13,184 bases of DNA from Candidatus Methylomirabilia bacterium. GTDB lineage: Bacteria > Methylomirabilota > Methylomirabilia > Rokubacteriales > CSP1-6. The translations under genes and the position numbers were made by a program. Every line of letters starts with the position of its first letter. Position 1 is the first letter of the stretch. Positions 7,490-13,184 of this stretch are shown one piece after another. The stretch covers positions 1 through 13,184 of the forward strand of contig JBGQHJ010000133.1 of NCBI GenBank assembly GCA_041497895.1. The letters are read 5' to 3'. Below the pieces are notes generated by a model, which saw only the letters and a program-made list of their open reading frames with translations, made no database searches and was not told where the DNA came from.

Positions 7490-7518
7490 AGAATGGCGAG
7501 TCTCGGTACCCTGGTCAA
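7490..7518 (-). promoter_or_regulatory. Sigma-70-type promoter of the amidohydrolase-ThDP operon
   Basis: Minus strand TTGACC (7518-7513) - 17 nt - CATTCT (7495-7490). Confidence 0.55.
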
Positions 7519-7567
7519 GTCCCTCACCGACCAGCGACCTCCCCGCACCCGGTGCGACGCCTCCGTA

Positions 7568-7598
7568 TTGCCCGGCTCCCGGACCCCCGTGCTATTAT
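7568..7598 (+). promoter_or_regulatory. Sigma-70-type promoter of the cytochrome c gene (extended -10)
   Basis: TGcTATTAT at 7590-7598; TTGCCC at 7568-7573 with a long 19-nt spacer; SD GAGGGAG at 7644-7650. Confidence 0.5.
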
Positions 7599-7656
7599 TG
7601 GCCGCTTTGTCGAAGAGCGATCTGCCGTGTCTCCGACCGGAACGAGGGAGTCATCG

Positions 7657-8829
7657 ATGATCCGGGCTTTCATGATGCTCATCGCGGCGGCCGCGCTCCT
7701 CGCTGGATCGACGGGCGTCACGTGGGCGCAGTCTCCCAGCTCTGGGCAGGATCCGGCCGCCGGCTCGCGGGTGTTCGACGCGAAGGGGTGCGTGAAGTGC
7801 CACTCGCTGAACGGCTCCGGCGGGAAGATCGGACCGGACCTGGCAAAGATCTCGCGGCCGCATACCTTCTACGACCTGGCCGCCGCGATGTGGAACCACC
7901 TCCCGCGCATGACCGAGCGGATGAAGCAGCTCGGGATCACCCGACCTCAGCTCGATTCCGACGAGGCGAAGAACCTCGTCGGATTCCTGTACTCGCTCGG
8001 CTACTTCGACAGCCCGGGGAACACCGAGAGCGGCAAGCGGCTCTTCACGACCAAGCATTGCGCGGAGTGTCACGGGCCCGCGGGGCCGGGCCCGAACGTG
8101 GACCACCTCAAGCAGTTCGGCTCGCCCCTCTACGCGGCCGCGGCGATGTGGAACCACGGCCCGCAGATGGCCGACGTGATGAAGACCAAGGGTATCGAGC
8201 GGCCCACCTTCACCGCGCCCGAGCTCCGCGATCTCATCGCGTATCTCTCCCCCGGCACCGGGGCGGCGGCCGGGTCGGTGTTCGTGCTGCCGGGCAGCGC
8301 CGAGAGGGGGCGGCTTCTGTTCGCGGAAAAACAATGCGTGCAATGCCATAGCGTCGGCGGCGTGGGCGGCAACGTGGGCCCCTCGCTCACCGACAAGGGC
8401 GTGCGCCGGAGCCCGCTCGAGTTCGCGGCCGCGATCTGGAACAAGGCTCCCGCGATGACGGCCGCGATGGCGGCGCGGAACATCACGATCCCGCAGCTCC
8501 GGCCAGAGGACATGGCCGACCTCGTGGCCTACCTCTACTCGTCGGGCTATTTCGCGGCCCCGGGAAGCCCGAGCCGCGGCTGGGCCACGCTGTCCACCAA
8601 GGGCTGCTTTGCGTGCCACGGCGTCTACGGCGAGCGGGGGAAGTCCGCGAGCGACCTCACCCGGGCGAAGGGCATGGACTCTCCCGCGGGCGTGCTGGCC
8701 GCCCTCTGGAACCACACCGTGGTGACGGCTCCCGCTCCCGGTGGGGGCAAGGCACCCTGGCCGATCTTCAAGTCGCAGGAGATGGCGGATCTCGTCGCGC
8801 TGCTTCAGGGCATTCGACGGGCGCAGTGA
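7657..8829 (+). CDS. Periplasmic tetrahaem c-type cytochrome built of four tandem class-I-like domains, 390 aa
   Basis: Signal peptide MIRAFMMLIAAAALLAGSTGVTWA|Q; four CxxCH motifs: CVKCH (7789), CAECH (8059), CVQCH (8335), CFACH (8605), spaced 90/92/90 aa, each in G...F..K.CxxCH...GP.L...AA.WN.....P.....E/D..DL.A.L. Confidence 0.95.
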   Translation: MIRAFMMLIAAAALLAGSTGVTWAQSPSSGQDPAAGSRVFDAKGCVKCHSLNGSGGKIGPDLAKISRPHTFYDLAAAMWNHLPRMTERMKQLGITRPQLDSDEAKNLVGFLYSLGYFDSPGNTESGKRLFTTKHCAECHGPAGPGPNVDHLKQFGSPLYAAAAMWNHGPQMADVMKTKGIERPTFTAPELRDLIAYLSPGTGAAAGSVFVLPGSAERGRLLFAEKQCVQCHSVGGVGGNVGPSLTDKGVRRSPLEFAAAIWNKAPAMTAAMAARNITIPQLRPEDMADLVAYLYSSGYFAAPGSPSRGWATLSTKGCFACHGVYGERGKSASDLTRAKGMDSPAGVLAALWNHTVVTAPAPGGGKAPWPIFKSQEMADLVALLQGIRRAQ

Positions 8830-9117
8830 AATCGTGACCAGGATCGCGCCTCGGTCCGCATCGCGATGGCGGGGGAGGAGCAATGGCCCGGTGGACCAGC
8901 GCGATGGCCGGCCACCGGGCCGATGTGCGGCAGGCCCGCTCGGCCCGCTCGCGTCCCGGCAGCAACCGGGACCTTGGTACTGCCTTGCCGCTCGACGGGC
9001 TCTGTCGGTTGACCAGGCCCCGACGGTGTCCGTCGACACGAGTTGACTCCTACTGGCCTCCGCTGGCAATGAGGCCGCTGCACCAATTCCCTGATGCGCC
9101 CGGCCCATCCTGGGTCC

Positions 9118-9273
9118 ATGGACTGGGCCATGAGCCATGGCTCGAGCGGGAGAGTTCGAGGGGCACGGCGCGCCCGGCCCTCGCCGGTTCATCGCGGGCC
9201 GAAGGCGGTGACGTGTGGGAGGTCCTGCCTCGATCCGGGGGCCGCGGCGACCTGCGCGGTGCCCTCGCCCTGA
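9118..9273 (+). pseudogene. Internally deleted, frameshifted paralogue of the 4-Cys membrane gene at 392..727
   Basis: Three collinear blocks: ATGGACTGG (MDW) at 9118 equals 392-400; FEGHGAPGPRRFIA (9155-9196, frame 2) versus FEEDGLPGARRFIA (10/14 aa, 33/43 nt); VTCGRSCLD (9208-9234, frame 1) versus VRCHRECLD (6/9 aa); TGA 9271-9273. The TM helix and the first two Cys are missing. Confidence 0.8.
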
Positions 9274-9308
9274 GGCGCCGCCTCCCCATCTGGGGCTCCG
9301 CCGCAACA
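9271..9308. promoter_or_regulatory. Tandem palindromic upstream sites, copy 3
   Basis: TGAGG-cgccgcct-CCCCA (9271-9288) and TGGGG-ctccgccg-CAACA (9291-9308), starting 114 and 94 bp upstream of the -24 GG. Confidence 0.6.
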
Positions 9309-9355
9309 CGGCCTCTCGCGCTTCCGGGGGCGTGCAGCCGTAGCAACCCGAGTCG

Positions 9356-9368
9356 AAACAGCTAGTTG
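9356..9368 (+). promoter_or_regulatory. IHF-like site
   Basis: AAACAGctagTTG versus WATCAANNNNTTR (2 mismatches), 16 nt upstream of the -24 GG. Confidence 0.4.
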
Positions 9369-9383
9369 GGTCGGGTTCTCGCT

Positions 9384-9399
9384 CGGCACCTTGATTGCA
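9384..9399 (+). promoter_or_regulatory. Sigma-54 -24/-12 promoter for the PAS-LuxR gene
   Basis: cGGCACCttgaTTGCA: GG 9385-9386, 10 nt, GC 9397-9398; purine-rich SD (GAGGAG 9433-9438) downstream. Confidence 0.8.
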
Positions 9400-9445
9400 C
9401 CACTCGCCCGGCAACCGGGTCTGACAGGGAGAGAGGAGAAAGAGG

Positions 9446-10111
9446 ATGCTGATGAAGAGCCGCATGAAGCCCTCCGAGGCAACCGACCTGGGGGAGCTGC
9501 TCGCCGGGACCGCGGACGGGGGGTTCGCGATCGACGCGGAGGGCCGGATCGTCCTGTGGAACCGCGCGGCGGAGAGCATGCTCGGCCACACCGAGCGCGA
9601 GGTGGTTGGTCGGCGGTGCTGCGACCTGCTCATGGGTGACGACGAGAACGGCAACCGGCTCTGCTGCCGCGGCTGTCACATCAAGGAGATCGCGAGGACC
9701 GGTACCCCGGTCCACAGCTTCGACATGCGCACTCGCACCAAGGCCGGGTCGCCCATCTGGGTGAACGTCAGCACGCTCCGGGTCTCGAGCAACGGAGCTG
9801 GCGACCGTACGGTGCACCTGATCCGCGACGTGACCGCGACCCGGGAGATCCTGGCCCTGATCCGCGAGCGCCTAGTGACCCCCGCCCCGCCCTCGCCCGC
9901 GCCGCTGGACGGCAGCAACGGCGTCCTCACCCGGCGCGAGATCGAGATCCTGCACCTCATCGCGAGCGGCCTCAATACCAAGGACACCGCCGAGCGCCTG
10001 CACGTGAGCCCGGCCACCGTCCGCAATCACGTCCAGAACATCCTCGGCAAGCTCGGCGCCCACAGCCGGCTCGAGGCGGTGGCCTACGCGAACCGGCACC
10101 GCCTGATCTGA
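9446..10111 (+). CDS. One-component PAS + LuxR/GerE HTH transcriptional regulator with Cys-rich PAS domain
   Basis: PAS: DGGFAIDAEGRIVLWNRAAESMLGH...EVVGRRCC...; HTH: LTRREIEILHLIASGLNTKDTAERLHVSPATVRNHVQNILGKLGAHSRLEAVAYA. Start could be 9446, 9452 or 9464. Confidence 0.95.
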   Translation: MLMKSRMKPSEATDLGELLAGTADGGFAIDAEGRIVLWNRAAESMLGHTEREVVGRRCCDLLMGDDENGNRLCCRGCHIKEIARTGTPVHSFDMRTRTKAGSPIWVNVSTLRVSSNGAGDRTVHLIRDVTATREILALIRERLVTPAPPSPAPLDGSNGVLTRREIEILHLIASGLNTKDTAERLHVSPATVRNHVQNILGKLGAHSRLEAVAYANRHRLI

Positions 10112-10172
10112 GCCCTCGCGCCGGGGTCGCCTCCGGCCGAGCCCGCGCGTCCTCCTCGCTCCACGTTGCCGC

Positions 10173-10178
10173 TATACT
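10173..10178 (+). promoter_or_regulatory. -10 element (TATACT) upstream of chrA
   Basis: TATACT ends 11 nt before ATG 10190; no SD sequence in between. Confidence 0.45.
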
Positions 10179-10189
10179 CTGGGTCAGCG

Positions 10190-11386
10190 ATGCCGTCCGG
10201 CCGCCTCGCCGCCGCGCTCGAAGTCCTCGTGGTCGCCACCCGCCTGGGCCTCACGTCCTTCGGGGGGCCGGTGGCCCACCTCGGCTATTTCCGGAGCGAG
10301 TACGTGGTGCGGCGCCGATGGCTGGACGAGCAGACCTACGCCGACGTGGTGGCGCTCTGCCAGTTCCTGCCGGGCCCGGCGAGCAGCCAGGTCGGGATCG
10401 CGATCGGCATCTTCCGCGCCGGGTTGCTGGGCGGGCTGGCCGCCTGGCTCGGTTTCACGTTGCCGTCGGCGATCGCGCTGGTGGTGTTCGCGCTCGGCAT
10501 CCGGGGGCTCGATCTCTCCGGGGCCGGCTGGCTCCTCGGTCTCAAGATCGCGGCGGTCGCGGTGGTGGCGCAGGCGGTGTGGGGGATGGCGCGCACGCTC
10601 TGCCCGGACCGCGAGCGGGCCTCGATCGCGATCGCGGCCGCGCTGATCGTCACCGCGTGGCCGACCGCGTGGGGCCAGGTGCTGGTGATCGCGGTGGCGG
10701 GCGTCGTCGGCCTGCGCCTGCTGCCGGGATCGGGCGACCCGGGCGCCCCTCATGCGAAAGTGCCGCTCGGGCGCCGGCTCGGGGTCGCGGCCCTGGCCCT
10801 GTTCTTCGCGCTGCTGATCGCGCTACCGGTCCTGCGCTACCTGACCGGGTCGCCCGCGCTCGCCGTGTTCGACGGCTTCTATCGGGCCGGCGCGCTCGTC
10901 TTCGGGGGCGGGCACGTCGTGCTGCCCCTGCTGCAGGCCGAGGTGGTGCCACCCGGCTGGGTGTCCAACGAGCAGTTCCTCGCCGGGTACGGCGCCGCGC
11001 AGGCGGTACCGGGGCCGCTCTTCACTCTCGCGGCGTACCTGGGCGCGGTCATGCGCTCGTGGCCGACGGGCTGGCTCGGGGCGTTCCTGGCCCTGGTGGG
11101 GATCTTCCTGCCCGGCGCCCTGCTGTTGATCGGCACGCTGCCGTTCTGGGACGCGCTCCGGGGCCGGCCGTCGTTCCGGGCCGCGCTGCGCGGGATCAAC
11201 GCGGCGGTCGTCGGCCTGCTGCTCGCCGCGCTGTATCAGCCGGTCTGGACGAGCGCGATTCACGCGCCCGCCGACTTCGCCCTCGCCCTCGCCGCCTTCG
11301 GCCTGCTCACCCTGTGGGGCGCGCCGCCCTGGCTCGTGGTGGCGTTCTGCGCGGCGGGCGGCCAGACGATTGCGCTGCTCCGCTGA
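10190..11386 (+). CDS. chrA: Chromate efflux transporter, long-chain CHR family
   Basis: LGLTSFGGPVAHLGYF...RRRWLDEQTYADVVALCQFLPGPASSQVG; second domain GALVFGGGHVVLPLL...FLAGYGAAQAVPGPLFT; GINAAVVGLL. Start at ATG 10190 preferred to TTG 10166. Confidence 0.95.
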   Translation: MPSGRLAAALEVLVVATRLGLTSFGGPVAHLGYFRSEYVVRRRWLDEQTYADVVALCQFLPGPASSQVGIAIGIFRAGLLGGLAAWLGFTLPSAIALVVFALGIRGLDLSGAGWLLGLKIAAVAVVAQAVWGMARTLCPDRERASIAIAAALIVTAWPTAWGQVLVIAVAGVVGLRLLPGSGDPGAPHAKVPLGRRLGVAALALFFALLIALPVLRYLTGSPALAVFDGFYRAGALVFGGGHVVLPLLQAEVVPPGWVSNEQFLAGYGAAQAVPGPLFTLAAYLGAVMRSWPTGWLGAFLALVGIFLPGALLLIGTLPFWDALRGRPSFRAALRGINAAVVGLLLAALYQPVWTSAIHAPADFALALAAFGLLTLWGAPPWLVVAFCAAGGQTIALLR

Positions 11387-11411
11387 GCGCGCGAGCGCGG
11401 CACCCCGCCGC

Positions 11412-12758
11412 TCAGGCCTCGATCATCTCCACCCGGAAGAGCGCGCCCGGATCGTCCACCGCGACCAGGTGGTGGATCGTGAACTCGTAGGCCTCACCCG
11501 CGCGGAGGTCCGAGGGCGAGAACGGGAAGGCGAGGTTACCCGCGATCGCCTTTCGGCCGGGGTAGGTGACGTGGAGAGCCACCGAGCGCGCGAGGGCCAG
11601 TACCGCGGCGGAGGTCTCGGCGTCGTCGGCGATCACCTCGATGATCAGCCCGATCTCGTGCGGATGGCTCCCGCGCACCGGCTCGAGCGGGCCCATGACC
11701 CCGTCGCGGCCGTAGACGTGGAACATCAGCCGGTAGCCGTCGGGGTAGGTGTCGGCGACGCGGGTGCGGACGTTGGCGAGGTAGGCGTCGAGGTTCGCGA
11801 TGAGCTGGGGCTCGCGCACGCCCGCGATGGCCAGCGTGCGGAAGCCGACGCGCGCCACCCCCTCGAGCTTCAGGGTCGGCGTCGCCGCGGGGACGAAGCG
11901 GGTACCCGAGACGCGCACCGCGCGATCCCCGGCGGCCTCGAAGCGCGTGGCCTTGAGATCGATGTGGCCGTGGGGCAGGTGGAGCTCGTAGGGATTGGCG
12001 CGCTCGTAGAGCGAGTGCGCGGCCACCGAGGCGACCGTGCAGACCTTGTCCGGGTTCGGCGGCTCGACCGTGAACGCGTCGTCCTCGATGACGCCGAGCA
12101 GGCTGTCCGAGCCGTGCCGCGGGTAGGCGGCCGCGCCGCCGCACTCGAGGATCTTGCCCATGTGGAGCGCCAGGCCGGGGTCGAAGCCGGCGCGGATCGG
12201 CAGCGCGGCGATGACCGCGGCGTCGCACGCGCGGCCCGCGATCACCACCTCGGCGCCCGCGTCGAGGGCACTGAGAAACGGCTCGACGCCCATCTGGGCG
12301 ACGATGCGGGTGGCCGCGTCGACCTCCGAACCGGTCAGGGCGCGGTCGTGGTCGAGCGGCCGGACCCGGCCGGCCGCCACCTGGGCGCGGAGCCAGGCGC
12401 GGTCCACCTCGGCGTCGATCACCGCGGTGCGGAAGCGATAGCCCCGCTCGCGGCAGAGCTCCCGGTAGAGATCGAGCGTCCACTCCACGTGCGGCCGACC
12501 GCCCCCGCCACCCGCGGAGCCGATCAGCACCGGGATGTGCCGGTCGCGCGCGGCGTCGAGGATCATGGTGAGGTCCTTCTTCGCCGCCCGGCGGTTGACG
12601 AACGGCACGCCCGCGCCCAGGTAGTACGGGCCGGGATCGGTTGAGCCGGCGTCGAGGGCCAGGACCGCGGGGTCGCGGGCGAGGCCGCGCTCCATCGAGC
12701 GCGCCGGGATGCCGTAGCCGAGCATGCCGAGCGGGGCGAGGACGGTCATGGGATTCAT
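11412..12758 (-). CDS. Acyclic terpene utilization AtuA-family (DUF1446-like) protein
   Basis: GMLGYG, DAGSTDPGPYYLG, IPVLIGSAGG.G, IVAQMGVEPF, VIAGRACD, LALHMGKILECG, SVAAHSLYE..NP, HVYG.DGVMG, AGNLAFPFSP. ATG 12758 overlaps the upstream TGA. Confidence 0.88.
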   Translation of the reverse strand: MNPMTVLAPLGMLGYGIPARSMERGLARDPAVLALDAGSTDPGPYYLGAGVPFVNRRAAKKDLTMILDAARDRHIPVLIGSAGGGGGRPHVEWTLDLYRELCRERGYRFRTAVIDAEVDRAWLRAQVAAGRVRPLDHDRALTGSEVDAATRIVAQMGVEPFLSALDAGAEVVIAGRACDAAVIAALPIRAGFDPGLALHMGKILECGGAAAYPRHGSDSLLGVIEDDAFTVEPPNPDKVCTVASVAAHSLYERANPYELHLPHGHIDLKATRFEAAGDRAVRVSGTRFVPAATPTLKLEGVARVGFRTLAIAGVREPQLIANLDAYLANVRTRVADTYPDGYRLMFHVYGRDGVMGPLEPVRGSHPHEIGLIIEVIADDAETSAAVLALARSVALHVTYPGRKAIAGNLAFPFSPSDLRAGEAYEFTIHHLVAVDDPGALFRVEMIEA

Positions 12759-13084
12759 CACGCGGTCTCCGGCCACTCGATCGCGTGGCGGGCGAGGGGC
12801 ACGTGCTGCTGGGCTCCGTACACGTCGGTCTCCCCGACCGCGCCGGAGGCCCACGGACGCCGCAGGGTGATCTTCACCGCGAACGCGGGCTCGAACTCGA
12901 TGATGTCGACGACGTCATCGGGGGAGAGCCCGTACAGGCGCGCCACCGTGACGCGATCGAGCGGCCGCCCGGCCACGAACCGGCGGTAGGTCGCCTCGTC
13001 CGGGAAGACGATGTCGAGCGTCAGCAGGAACGGTCCCGCATTCTTGCTCGTCACGAAGGTGGCGATCTCGCCGATGGTCCGCAT
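12758..13084 (-). CDS. DUF4387-family protein, 108 aa
   Basis: SKNAGPFLLTLDIVF...VARLY...AVKITLRRP..SG..GETDVYGAQQHVPL; translationally coupled (TGATG) to the AtuA-like gene, its usual partner. Start ATG 13084. Confidence 0.88.
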   Translation of the reverse strand: MRTIGEIATFVTSKNAGPFLLTLDIVFPDEATYRRFVAGRPLDRVTVARLYGLSPDDVVDIIEFEPAFAVKITLRRPWASGAVGETDVYGAQQHVPLARHAIEWPETA

Positions 13085-13093
13085 TCGGGGGCC

Positions 13094-13123
13094 ATCGCAA
13101 CATCCGGGACCGCCCGCTGTCAA
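13094..13123 (-). promoter_or_regulatory. Sigma-70-type promoter of the DUF4387-AtuA operon
   Basis: Minus strand TTGACA (13123-13118) - 18 nt - TGCGAT (13099-13094) preceded by TGn; ATG starts after 9 more nt, no SD. Confidence 0.55.
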
Positions 13124-13184
13124 TAGACGCCTTGATTGCGGCCTGTCGTCGGGCGCGCCCGCCGACCTCGACGCGCGGATCGAC

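Noticed and set aside
7568..7598. 19-nt -35/-10 spacer as a MerR-type promoter
   Set aside because: No convincing dyad in the spacer and no MerR gene in the window; the extended -10 suffices.
8885..8921. 10-bp inverted repeat GGCCCGGTGG...CCACCGGGCC downstream of the cytochrome gene
   Set aside because: No U-tract and no recognisable ncRNA or REP family; could be an mRNA-stabilising hairpin, but unsupported.
8975..8988. TGGTACTGCCTTGC as a sigma-54 promoter
   Set aside because: GG-to-GC spacing is 9 nt, not the required 10.
8883..9365. 160-aa ORF preceded by a strong SD-like GGAGGAG
   Set aside because: Low-complexity Arg/Pro/Ala composition with no motif, and it runs through the pseudogene and regulatory sites in a different frame. 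Not fully excluded.
9391..9404. TTGAT half-sites (2999, 9391, 13132) as FNR boxes
   Set aside because: None has the matching ATCAA at N4 spacing; the 2999 copy is better explained as an IHF site and 9391 lies inside the sigma-54 promoter.
3951..9654. Long antisense ORFs (3951..5813 +, 5759..7660 +, 7651..9654 -) and similar ones such as 11370..12644 +
   Set aside because: Shadow ORFs expected in high-GC DNA opposite well-supported genes; no recognisable motifs.
9665..9679. CRGCH in the PAS-LuxR protein as a c-type haem attachment site
   Set aside because: The protein is cytoplasmic (no signal peptide, has an HTH), whereas cytochrome c maturation is extracytoplasmic.
11383..11415. CTGAGCG...CGCTCAG inverted repeat between convergent chrA and AtuA-like genes as a terminator
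   Set aside because: Long irregular loop, no U-tract, and the arms largely consist of the two stop codons.
1..13184. CRISPR arrays, tRNA/rRNA, transposases/integrases, defence or RiPP systems
   Set aside because: No regularly spaced repeats, RNA gene signatures, recombinase motifs or credible precursor peptide next to the radical SAM gene were seen.

Overview
Very GC-rich bacterial window (roughly 70% GC by eye; the gene style suggests Candidatus Rokubacteria/Methylomirabilota, which is an unverified inference). It holds 13 supportable CDSs and one pseudogene. Plus-strand haem/redox-flavoured genes: partial TPR protein, small membrane protein with a 4-Cys domain, secreted LPPGHPP protein, Crp/Fnr regulator, His/Met-rich secreted protein, TIGR04053-like radical SAM/SPASM enzyme, four-domain tetrahaem cytochrome c, Cys-rich PAS-LuxR regulator; a ChrA-type transporter follows. 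Two minus-strand catabolic pairs are interleaved: D-aminoacylase-like amidohydrolase + benzoylformate-decarboxylase-like ThDP enzyme, and DUF4387 + AtuA-like protein. The most notable signals are non-coding. (1) Three intergenic regions share one architecture: tandem 18-bp TGRGG-N8-CCYCA-type palindromes, an IHF-like site, then a sigma-54 -24/-12 promoter; this points to a local regulon whose activator is not in the window. (2) A CRP-type box overlaps the Crp/Fnr gene's own stop codon, at class II spacing to the next gene's promoter. (3) A doubly deleted, frameshifted copy of the 4-Cys membrane gene is hidden at 9118-9273. (4) Several genes appear to be leaderless. No RNA genes, CRISPR arrays or mobile elements were recognised.
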